A DNA stretch of 64,000 bases, from IMG/VR virus record IMGVR_UViG_3300045988_082633, one strand, 5' to 3'. Numbering within the stretch: the first letter of the stretch is position 1; the number at the start of each line of letters is the position of its first letter. Position numbers and translations under genes: made by a program. A model generated the notes under the pieces. The model did not search any database. It worked only from the letters and a program-made list of their open reading frames with translations, and was not told where the DNA came from. Positions 1 through 8,800 of this stretch are shown here, in pieces. Source of the stretch: a virus.

Positions 1-1
1 A

Positions 2-196
2 TATTATTGTGATGGAATTGGCCAAAAACATATTGCTGGTACTGCTTGGGGTGCTTATAATGCTGTTACAGGATTTTATTGTAACGTAGCTAACCTTGAA
101 GGAGAGAAGCGTGTTGAATCTCTCCTTTACGGGGGAGCTAATAACAATATGATTAAAGCTCTTAATTCTGCTAATGTTATTCTTAATGCTGCTTAA
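2..196 (+). CDS. 3' end of a gene entering from the left edge; C-terminus resembles DUF932 / phage-plasmid-like (TIGR03299-type) proteins
   Basis: The frame starting at nt 2 is open to TAA at 194-196: ...HIAGTAWGAYNAVTGFYCNVANLEGEKRVESLLYGGANNNMIKALNSANVILNAA*. The AWGxYNAVT...SLLxGxA pattern matches my recollection of DUF932 C-termini (no search possible). It is not in the ORF track because it has no start codon in the window. It contains GC-rich motif copy 1. Confidence 0.45.
   Translation, partial: YYCDGIGQKHIAGTAWGAYNAVTGFYCNVANLEGEKRVESLLYGGANNNMIKALNSANVILNAA
121..142 (+). repeat. GC-rich dispersed motif, copy 1 (variant TTACGGGGGAGCTA)
   Basis: Plus strand tctcctTTACGGGGGAGCTAat. It lies inside the DUF932-like ORF and is read L-L-Y-G-G-A-N. 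Confidence 0.9.
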
Positions 197-215
197 AGTG
201 TTAAAACTAGGTTTA

Positions 216-237
216 CTACCTCCCCCGTAGAAAAGTG
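216..237 (-). repeat. GC-rich dispersed motif, copy 2 (GGGGGAGGTA family)
   Basis: Plus strand ctaCCTCCCCCGTAGaaaagtg. It is intergenic and inverted relative to copy 1. Confidence 0.9.
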
Positions 238-260
238 AAAATATAAATAACTCAAAATAA

Positions 261-308
261 TACTGCAAATATTTGGTGATATAAATTATATTCCTTATAT
301 TTGCAGTA
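261..308 (+). promoter_or_regulatory. canonical Bacteroides-type promoter (TTTG-N20-TATATTTG, 272-303) embedded in a perfect 12-bp inverted repeat
   Basis: TTTG is at 272-275, followed by a 20-nt spacer and TATATTTG at 296-303, 41 nt before the dut ATG. tactgcaaatat (261-272) and atatttgcagta (297-308) are perfect reverse complements. Confidence 0.7.
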
Positions 309-343
309 TTACTATTTTAATTAACTTTTTAATAATAATAACA

Positions 344-1033
344 ATGGAAGTAAAAATTAAACGTCTTTGTGATGAAGCTATTATTCCACAATATGCACAT
401 GTTACAGATGCTGGAATGGACCTTGTAGCTACTAGTTATGAATATAATGAAGAACTTCATTGTCATGTTTATGGAACAGGTATTGCAGTTGAAATTCCAG
501 AAGGATATGTAGGATATATCTTCCTTCGTAGTTCTAATCGTAAAACTGAAGCTTATCTTACTAATCACGTCGGTGTTATAGATAGTGGTTATCGAGGTGA
601 AATTATGGTTAGTTTCAAAACTCGTGATTTTAAGGAAGGTGAAATTCAACAACTTTACAAGCCTTATGAGGTAGGTGATAAGATTGCTCAGCTTATTATT
701 ATGCCTTATCCAAAAGTAGAGTTTACAGAAGTAGCTGAACTTTCTTCTTCTGATAGAGGAGAAGGTGGATATGGTTCTACTGGAAGTAAAGTTGATGTTA
801 TTAAAGAAATTAAAGATACCAAACAACTTCGTAAAGATATAGATGAAGTAATTCAACGTGTTAAAACTCTTAATCAATGTAGAGAAACAAGTCTTGTAAT
901 TACTAAACTTCAAGAAGGAGTTATGTGGCTGGGTATGAATCTTAAACGTCTTGGTTCTACTAATCCATATCCACAGTCCTATAATCCTGAAAATGCAGAA
1001 GTAGAACCTACTTCTGATGGTCTCAAATTTTAG
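344..1033 (+). CDS. dut: dUTP diphosphatase (trimeric dUTPase fold) with a C-terminal extension of about 80 aa
   Basis: The classical dUTPase motifs are read directly: AGMDL, RSSNRK, GVIDSGYRGEI, IAQLII, RGEGGYGSTG. The protein is 229 aa, against about 150 aa for canonical bacterial enzymes. The tail (SKVDVIKEIKD...TKLQEGVMWLGMNLKRL...) looks helical. A canonical -33/-7 promoter lies at 272-303. Confidence 0.9.
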   Translation: MEVKIKRLCDEAIIPQYAHVTDAGMDLVATSYEYNEELHCHVYGTGIAVEIPEGYVGYIFLRSSNRKTEAYLTNHVGVIDSGYRGEIMVSFKTRDFKEGEIQQLYKPYEVGDKIAQLIIMPYPKVEFTEVAELSSSDRGEGGYGSTGSKVDVIKEIKDTKQLRKDIDEVIQRVKTLNQCRETSLVITKLQEGVMWLGMNLKRLGSTNPYPQSYNPENAEVEPTSDGLKF

Positions 1034-1112
1034 TATAATTATAAAAATATAAAATATTGGTAAATATAGTAAAGTAAATAGTATTTGTATTAAAAATTAA
1101 ATTAACGTTATT

Positions 1113-1409
1113 ATGGAAAAGTATCAGAAAAGTATGATTGAGGAACATAGTGGACTTGTTGTTCGTATTCAGAAACTTCATGATTATGTTTATAGTGATA
1201 AGTCTAATGCAGATGATAAAGTTGAATTTGCTAATAAATGTATTCAGCTTGCTGCTATGAAGAAGTATGAAGAAGCTCTTCGTGCTCGTTTTGTAAATGC
1301 AGGTATTGTATTTGAAAATGGTGAATATTTTGAGCATGTAGCTTCTATAAAGATTAATACTTCTGAAAACAATGATGAAGATAATGGAGAACAAGAACAA
1401 CAGCAATAA
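1113..1409 (+). CDS. small helical acidic-tailed protein, function unknown (possibly SaV-like / crAss001_48-like family)
   Basis: 98-aa ORF co-directional with dut. It has a heptad-like helical sequence (LVVRIQKLHDYVYSDKS...QLAAMKKYEEALRARF) and an acidic tail. The family assignment is only a recollection of similar phage proteins. Confidence 0.5.
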   Translation: MEKYQKSMIEEHSGLVVRIQKLHDYVYSDKSNADDKVEFANKCIQLAAMKKYEEALRARFVNAGIVFENGEYFEHVASIKINTSENNDEDNGEQEQQQ

Positions 1410-1671
1410 AGTTGTTTATATTGTAACAACTATTAAATGTTCTGCTTGTAAATGTATGGAATACATTCTTAATGATATTCAAAAAGATAATTCTACATTT
1501 TCTATTACTTCAACAGACTTTACAAAAGTTCCTGAATGGTTAAAGACTAATATTACTTTAACTGATTTTCCTACAGTTATCTTTATAGATAATGATGTAA
1601 TAAAATATCATTTTGTAGGAACAAAAAGCAAAAGTAAAGTTCTTAAACTTATGGAAGATATTAACTTTTAA
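1372..1671 (+). CDS. thioredoxin/glutaredoxin-fold protein (CxxC)
   Basis: VVYIVTTIKCSACKCMEYIL gives a beta-strand followed by C-S-A-C. FPTVIF further downstream fits the cis-Pro region of the fold. The ORF overlaps the previous ORF by 38 nt, and ATG at 1384 is an alternative start. The hairpin terminator 1677-1704 follows. Confidence 0.6.
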   Translation: MMKIMENKNNSNKVVYIVTTIKCSACKCMEYILNDIQKDNSTFSITSTDFTKVPEWLKTNITLTDFPTVIFIDNDVIKYHFVGTKSKSKVLKLMEDINF

Positions 1672-1676
1672 CTTGT

Positions 1677-1712
1677 ACCTGTAGGAGATTATTCTCTTAC
1701 AGGTATTCTTAT
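1677..1712 (+). terminator. intrinsic terminator closing the plus-strand block
   Basis: acctgtaggaga (1677-1688) pairs with tctcttacaggt (1693-1704): 12 bp including one G-U, with loop ttat. It is followed by the T-rich attcttatt, 6 nt after the stop of the thioredoxin-fold gene. Confidence 0.7.
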
Positions 1713-1793
1713 TATAAGTAAATGATTACATTCGAGTGAGGTAAGGAATGTGGCATCGTGCAATAATATAATGAAATTGCCCTAATTTGCCAC

Positions 1794-1886
1794 TAAATTT
1801 GGCTAATGTTGGACTTTTATGTATCAAGTGATACATTGTTAAGGTGCTTACATAAAACGGCTTAAATCGAATGAAAATATATTATA
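1794..1886 (+). repeat. AT-rich intergenic element A (AAATTTGGC...AAGTGA...GGCTTAAATCGAATGAAAATATAT)
   Basis: The GGCTTAAATCG core is at 1859-1869. Upstream blocks taaatttggctaatgttgg (1794-1813) and aagtga have the same spacing as in element B. Confidence 0.7.
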
Positions 1887-1899
1887 TTTTTGAACAATT

Positions 1900-1937
1900 A
1901 GAGTAAGTAGACTGAGAAGTTTATTTACTCTTTTTTT
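1900..1937 (+). terminator. second plus-strand intrinsic terminator-like hairpin with T-tract
   Basis: agagtaagtaga (1900-1911) pairs with tttatttactct (1920-1931): 12 bp with two G-U pairs and loop ctgagaag. A tttttt run follows at 1932-1937. It sits directly after intergenic element A (1794-1886). Confidence 0.6.
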
Positions 1938-1970
1938 AAGTATTAGGAACAAGTACGATACAAATACGAT

Positions 1971-2010
1971 AAAAATAAGCTCTTACTATCTTCACAGACA
2001 ATAAGAGCTT
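1971..2010 (-). terminator. intrinsic terminator downstream of the tRNA
   Basis: aagctctta (1977-1985) pairs with taagagctt (2002-2010), a 9-bp stem. On the minus strand it is followed by ATTTTT (complement of 1971-1976). It lies 46 nt past the tRNA 3' end. Confidence 0.6.
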
Positions 2011-2055
2011 TAATCATAAGTTACAAAGCAAATATAATTTTGACATCTATAGTTG

Positions 2056-2126
2056 TTGTCCAAGGAGGATTTGAACCACCACTAACAGAACCAAAATCTG
2101 TTGTGCTACCATTACACCATAGGACA
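2056..2126 (-). tRNA. tRNA-Gln, anticodon UUG (71 nt, CCA not encoded)
   Basis: The minus-strand sequence folds by hand into a cloverleaf: TGTCCTA TG GTGT AATGGTA GCAC A ACAGA TTTTGGT TCTGT TAGT GGTGG TTCAAAT CCTCC TTGGACA A. The acceptor stem is 7 bp with one T-T mismatch, the D stem 4 bp, and the anticodon stem a perfect 5 bp. The anticodon loop is TTTTGGT with U33 and anticodon TTG. The T loop is TTCAAAT. The U1-A72 pair fits Gln tRNAs. Confidence 0.8.
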
Positions 2127-2183
2127 ATATGAGTTGGAATATGATTAATATTACCAACTCTTTTCTATAACCTTTATTTTTTG

Positions 2184-2217
2184 CAAATATACTATTATTA
2201 CTTCATATATATACAAG
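2184..2217 (-). promoter_or_regulatory. Bacteroides-type promoter candidate for the tRNA
   Basis: On the minus strand TATATTTG (complement of 2184-2191) matches the -7 consensus TAnnTTTG. The upstream element is only CTTG (2214-2217), with a 22-nt spacer. An imperfect hairpin (2131-2160) lies between this box and the tRNA 5' end. Confidence 0.45.
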
Positions 2218-2237
2218 AATTAAAATGTTAAAATTGT

Positions 2238-2801
2238 TTATTTCTTTCCTTTTATGGTATTAAGACTAGGTCTATATTGTCTAACAACTCTAGTATTATC
2301 AGAAGGAGCAATACTATGATATTGAATAAAGTTTTTTCCTGCAACAGCACTACTGACGTTAGCAAGTGTGTTATCAATAAAGCCTAAAGCGATGCTATTA
2401 TAACTATTATTCTGTTCTTTAGTCATAGTAAACTTATGTCTAGTTCTTTTTGTTCTTCCTATAGTTTTAGTAACATATCTTCTTGATGCATTACTAGCAT
2501 CTAATGCTCTATCTAATTCAAGAAGTTTTTGACCTCGTTTAATAGCTTTAGCACCTATGACACCTAAAAGCATTTCTCCAACATTTTTACTAACATCACC
2601 ATAATCACCTTTTTGTATGCTTCTTCCAATTTAATATAAATCTATTGCAGAACCTGCTATATTACTACCAGCAGCAATAGCAGCTGTATATTGATTTGGC
2701 GCTACTAAAGTAGAACCTCCTGCAATAAGAGATGTAATAGCAGCAGCTGTTTCAGCGTAATCTGCATACTTATCTAAATCTTCTAAACTAAATCTAGGCA
2801 T
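2238..2801 (-). pseudogene. 187-codon reading frame interrupted by one in-frame TAA (2631-2633); nonsense allele, readthrough candidate, or two small genes
   Basis: Hand translation from ATG at 2801 gives MPRFSLEDLDKYADYAETAAAITSLIAGGSTLVAPNQYTAAIAAGSNIAGSAIDLY, then TAA. The same frame continues IGRSIQKGDYGDVSKNVGEMLLGVIGAK..., which is the 111-aa ORF 2238..2573 of the track. The Gly/Ala-rich character continues across the stop. Confidence 0.5.
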
Positions 2802-2833
2802 AATATTTTTATTTGTTATACATTTATTATTAA

Positions 2834-2863
2834 GTAGAAAGGTTGAATTAACAACCTTTCTAC
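2834..2863 (-). terminator. perfect 12-bp hairpin just after the giant gene stop (terminator-like, no clear U-tract)
   Basis: gtagaaaggttg (2834-2845) and caacctttctac (2852-2863) are perfect complements, with loop aattaa. The right arm is part of GC-rich motif copy 3, and the stop codon of the 4264-aa ORF is at 2875-2877. Confidence 0.4.
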
Positions 2864-2874
2864 GGGGGAGCTAG
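2852..2874 (+). repeat. GC-rich dispersed motif, copy 3 (GGGGGAGCTA family)
   Basis: Plus strand caacctttCTACGGGGGAGCTAg. It abuts the stop codon of the 4264-aa ORF, and its left part is one arm of the hairpin at 2834-2863. Confidence 0.9.
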
Positions 2875-5800
2875 TTATTTAGATATAAAATCAGCTATAT
2901 CTTTAACAGGTACTATAGAAAGCATATTATCACCAAGTTTATAATACTTGTTACTACGTTCAAGTCTTTCAACCATATTTATACTATGATAAATAGGAAT
3001 ATTACGACGAATTTGAACCCAAAATTTATTATCACCTTTATATAGACCGGTAGAATAATAAGGATCAAATTCATCACCCTGTATCATATATTGTGAAATA
3101 AGACCCATAGTACTTAGTAAATCACTAATTGAAGTTTGAGCTGCTATAGGACTAGACCAAAGCTTTTTACCTTCAGCATAAACACCAACAGGATTATACA
3201 TAAATGACTCAGAGGCAAGACGGTCAGCTTCATACATCATAAGATTGTAAATAATATTATGTTCTTTATCATCATCGCCAGCTGCATGTAATGCAATAGC
3301 AAGACAAAGAGCAGAAGCAACACCACAGAAATCACAAAAAGCACGTCTAATATTTGCTCTATCATATTCATTCATCATGTTATAATATGTTTTAGCATGA
3401 AGAGCAAATTCAACATAGTTCTTAACAATGTTCTGTACACCTTTAACTGCTTGAAGATTAGCATCAGTCATATTATTATCTTCTTGAAGTTTCTTAGTAA
3501 AACTCCGTTTATGAAGTGGTAAAGCAAGGAAATCTTTAATAGAAGCGTAACAACCTTTTTCTATAGTTCCACGTTCTTCATTAAAATATCCTTGTCTACG
3601 ATAACGTTTCATAATACCAGGATATATATGTTTATGATATTGCATTACAAGTCCACCCCACCAGTAAGATTCCCATTTTGCAGCACCTAGTTTGTCATAT
3701 ACACCATGTATCTTTTTATTAACAGAAATAACTCTTCCTTTAAAAGCTCCAAGAATTCGATAAGCTTCATCATCGATTTCAGCAAATATAGAACCGTCAA
3801 CAAAATCAAGAGTACCATCATTATCAAGTTTTAATTGACTCATAACAGTAGGATGTGTTTCGTCATTATTAAACTCTTCTTTTGCTTTAGCTTGATATTC
3901 TTTACGTTTATTTACAAATTTCCGTTTATCTTCATTGTTGAAATAAATATTTACAAATTCAGTAGTTAAATCTTTTCTGAACCAAGCATATTCTTTAACA
4001 TCGTTAGCATTAGAAAGTTCTTTTTTCTTAAATGCTTCATAAAGTTTACGTTGTTCAGCTGTCATAACATTTTGAAGAGCTTTTTCATTAGCATCACGCA
4101 TATATTCAGCTTCGTTAACTGCATCGTATTTAACTTCACCTGTAGCCTCATCTACTCTTTTAACAAGTCTATGACTGTACATCATAGCAAATAAAGTACT
4201 ATTTTGCATCATATGTTCACCCATAGCTTGAGGACTAAAAGCTAAATCTCTTGCACGTTCTAAATATGTAGCCATATCAGGAACAGTTACAACACCATTT
4301 ATTTCAGCAAAATCAACTACATTCATAAATTTAACAATAGCACTAGGAAGAGAAGATGCTTTATCACTGTACATATCTGCCATAAAACTAGGAATACCAG
4401 CTCTCCAAGTATTAAGTCCCATATGCCATGTTTTATTACCGAAATATTCTCTAGCAAAAACTTCTCCAAGAATTTGAGTACTACCTGCTGTTACGTTAGC
4501 AATACCACCAGTAACATTAAGCATCATAAATTTAGCAGAAGTTAAACTTTGAAGAATATTTGCAGCACGAGTTAAACCATTATTAGGTCTTTTCCATTGG
4601 TCATATACAAGTCTTCTAATCCAATTAACATATTGTTCTTGAAGTCTTGTATCTTTTTTAGTTACATAAGTATCTTGACCATCTATAGTTCTTTTTCCTG
4701 TTTTTTGTAAATCATTAAAACCTTCATTTTTAACATATACATTAAGTTTATCAAGCATATTCTTTGCATAAAATAACATATATTTATTATCTTGAATTGC
4801 ATTAAAATGTGCTGCTTTTTGAATAAATTCTTCCATTACAGATTCCCAATTATCATCAAGCATATTACGATGAATTTCCATATTTTTAGCTTCAGCGTCT
4901 GCTTTATCTTTTTCCCAATCATTTACACGCTTTTGATAACTTTTATCTGTTTCATTTTCTTCTCGTACAGGACGTTTTCTATCTATTTTGACACTATCTT
5001 TTGATTTAAGAAGAGTAGTCATTGGCATATCTATTGTTGTATCTGTAGCATAATCTATTTCAGAATCAGTATACCAATCTTCTTTACCAGTAGAACTATT
5101 TATCCATCCTACAAGTTTAGCAACTTCTTTTGCAGTATGTTTAGCATCAAGCTGTTCATTTTTCTTTCTTAAAGGCATATATCCATTACGAAGAAATTGT
5201 TGAGATTGCATAGTATGACAATTCTCTTTAAGAATAGTTTCAAAATACTCTTTTATTTCATCTTCAAACTTATTTCTATTAACTGTAGAATTATATGAAG
5301 CATTATTGCCTTTGTAATTAGCAGCTGTAGAAGAAAATTCTTTATAATCATGATTACGACAGTCTCTATTTACACTAAGAAGATCATCATCATCGTTTAT
5401 TATAGGGTTTCCATTAACATCAAGTCCTGTTTTAATAGTTCTTTCAGTTTGATTCCAAGCAGGTTCATACTCCATATTAGTATTCCACTTACCATCATCA
5501 CCTACTTCTCCAAACTCAAGAGTAGTCCAACATTGAAGAGGTTCTACGGCATGAGTGTAAGGATTGTAAATATGATTAGCAGCATACCATTTTCTAAATT
5601 CTTCTTTACCTTTAGCCTGAGCTTCTTTATATGCTTCATAATAATACATAGTGTTTCTACTTCTAGTATAATTACGAATAATGTGTAAAGCATCTGTTTT
5701 CTTTTTATCAACAAAAGTATTATCACCAGTACCATCAGCCTTATAACCTTTAGGTACAGCATATCCATAAATATATCTATTAGGAACAACTATATCATTT

Positions 5801-8800
5801 CCGTTTTCATCTTCTACTATTTGAGTATTAAGAGACAACCACATACGATAATATCGTTCTCCACGCTGTTTAGCTAAGTCTTCTTGTTGCTGAAATTTAG
5901 CATCATCGTATACAAAATCAACATTATCTTTTATAAATTCGTGAACACTTTTTGCATTAGTTGTAGAACCTTTTTCATATTTCTTTATATTTTCAAGTTC
6001 TTCATATAATTTTTTAAGTGTTTTAATTTCATCTTCAGATAATTCTGCTGTATGAAGAGTGCCATCATGTGTAGTATAATGAGCTTTAAGTATTTTATTA
6101 ATTTCATTTACTTTAGCAATATATTCATCATTTCTAGCACCAGATATAGTCATTCCTTTATAAAAGTCTGCTGTAAAGATAGTATCGTCTGTAGGAGAAT
6201 TACTAATTAAAGTTCTATCAGTAAATACTTGTCCTTCTCTAATGCCATAATTTATAAGTTGTTCTTCATATAATTGTTCAATATTTTTTTCTGTTAGTTT
6301 ACGACCATCTATAACACCTCTTTCATCATAAGCATCTTGTTTTTTAGCAATTATAGAAAGAAGTTTACGACCTTGTTTACCTTCTCTAAATACTTTAAAT
6401 GCACTATTAACAAGGTCCATAACTCCTTCTGTTGCAGTATAACGAGCATTATGTGCAAGCCATTCTTTAGCTTTTACATAGTCATCATGTTTCATCAACT
6501 CTGCAATAGGAGTAGTAATGTTTCCATTATCGTCTCTCATTTCATAGTTGTTAATAATATCAAGATTTCTATCTAGTTCTTCTTGAAAACCAAATTTAAC
6601 AGAATCATCAAAAAACTCACTATTAAGACTATTCATGTCTTTAAGATATTTTTGTAGAGCATAAGAACTATCTAAACTATAAATAATTCGGTCTTTATCT
6701 TTAAAAGGATTATTTGGATCATCCTTTTGATATTTTTCTATAAAAGTACCACTATTTTGGTCATATATATAATTATTAGTAAGATTATCTATTTGATGTT
6801 TAACTTCATCAAGTTCTTGTTTATAATTATCTGCTAAAACTCCGTTAGTTATATGACTAAGTAATTCTCTACGTCTATCAGAAAGTTTCTTATATTCTGA
6901 ATAAACAAGAGGATACTTATCAATCATATATTCTTCAATGTCTATTTTTCTTTGATAATATTCATCTATAACAGGCTGATTAACATTTGCTAGTTTCCAT
7001 TTATCATATGCTAATTTTGCTTTAAGATGTTCTATGCTTCCGACACCATGTTCAGACTTTGCTAAAGAAATATTTTCTCTAAGTTCAGCAAGTTTATCAA
7101 GGAAAGCTTGATTATAGTTTTGTATAAATTTACCATTTTCATCTATAATTTTTTTCCAATCAATATCTACACCTGCTTCTTTAGCTCTTTTCTTAATATC
7201 AGCAATTTTCTTTCTAAACTCTTTAAGTTGCTTAATAGCAAGATTTTCTTTAAATCGAATATCAGACATTACTTCCTTAGAAACAATTTGAATAAGTGGA
7301 GAAGATGATTCTTGTAAATCACCAACCCAAGCATCAAACACAGCAGCACTACGATAACCGTCTAATACACCAAGAATATTTTGTTGAATTAGAGGATCTT
7401 TACTAAGTTTAGCAAGATATTCATTTGCAAACAGTTTTTCAGTATCTGCAATAATTGTAGAATTTTGAAGCTCACCTATCTTTTTTTTAATTCTTTTAAG
7501 GAAAGAACGTATAGATTCATCTTCTGAGTCAATATTAAGGTTATCTATTATAGCAAAATTTTTAACAAGAGCACGAGCATCAAGAATTGTTTTTAGAAAT
7601 CTTTGTCTAACAACAGGTTTTGATTTAATAGCAGCAATCGCTTCAGGAGTGTTTATAGCAAATGTTTGCTTGTTATCATCTGTTATAAAATATTTCATAT
7701 CAGTAGACAATGTATTAACCGTTCCCTCTATATACTCAGCTGTAGTTTGAATAACATCTTTCACATTAGCTCGTACAGACGGAGCAGAACCTGTTATTTG
7801 TTTATCTTGTAAAAACTTAAGAGCTTTAGCAGCTTCAATGTCACCTTCAGACTTTCTACGAGAAAACATAACAGACATAGCTTGTACACCTAATGTAGTA
7901 GAATCAGGAGTATCATTCACTTCAGTTACTGAAGAATGCATAACATCTACATCTTCTTCATAAGGAGTAATCATGAAAACATCATGAACTGTATATCCAG
8001 CATCTTTTGCTTTCTGCATTATATCCTGAATATCTTTATTAGATTCTTTTACAGCTTTATCTTTATTTTCTTCTCCAATATATTTTTTATTAAGTCTAGA
8101 AAGATTTACTTTTTGAATAACATATTTTCTACCATTTATAGTTTGAATGCTACCACCATTTATACCAGGTGTAGTTATATAATTAGCTAAAGCTGCACTA
8201 CGAAGATATAAAGTAGAGAAAGGATTCTCACTAAATCTAGCTGTAACTTTTGCTATAACATCTTCAAAACCTCCGGTATTAACAGTATTTTTATCATTTA
8301 TATTAAAAGACTTTGCAAAACCTGTTGCTCGTTTAATAGCTTTAGGTTTATATTTATCTCTTTCAGGTTTATGAGCTTCCAATATTTGACCAAAGTCTAC
8401 AACATTATTTCCATATATTTCATTACGTTGTGCTTCAGTTATATTTCCTGTTTCATTAACAATATCATCTATTTGTTCTTGAATAATTCTATCTCTTTCT
8501 TTAAGTTGATCTCTAAAGTCATTTATTACACCAAGATAATACTCTTCTCTAAGATATTTGTTATTTGTAGGATTAGATGAAAGATCGGAATTTTCATTTT
8601 CTTCAAGAGTATTTACAGGATAAAGAACATAAGTTCCATTAACATTTGTAATTCTATAAAGAGTAACTCTATTATCAAAAGATAGTTTTACATAACTATT
8701 TGCAGTCATAGGATGATAACTCCTATCATTTGGCGTAGCATCATAAACAACTCCATACTTTTCTGCTAATGTTTCATTTGAGATAGTAATTATATAATCA

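Noticed and set aside
329-1429. Minus-strand ORFs 329..913, 1023..1406 and 1244..1429, opposite dut and its neighbours.
   Set aside because: They are antisense to plus-strand genes that have clear motifs (dUTPase) and a promoter and terminator. Their sequences are low-complexity.
1705-1900. Short peptide ORFs in intergenic elements A and B (for example a 19-aa ORF at about 1808 and a 29-aa ORF at about 55100).
   Set aside because: The ORFs are not conserved between the two homologous elements. The shared blocks fall in different frames or outside the ORFs, so the similarity is at the nucleotide level.
2056-2126. Suppressor tRNA.
   Set aside because: The hand-folded anticodon loop TTTTGGT places UUG at positions 34-36, a normal Gln (CAA/CAG) anticodon, not CUA, UCA or UUA.
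3641-3665. Possible extra degenerate motif copy (ccaccccaccagtaagattc).
   Set aside because: It aligns to the motif only with an indel and several mismatches, and it lacks both the five-base C run and GTAG. Chance resemblance is likely.
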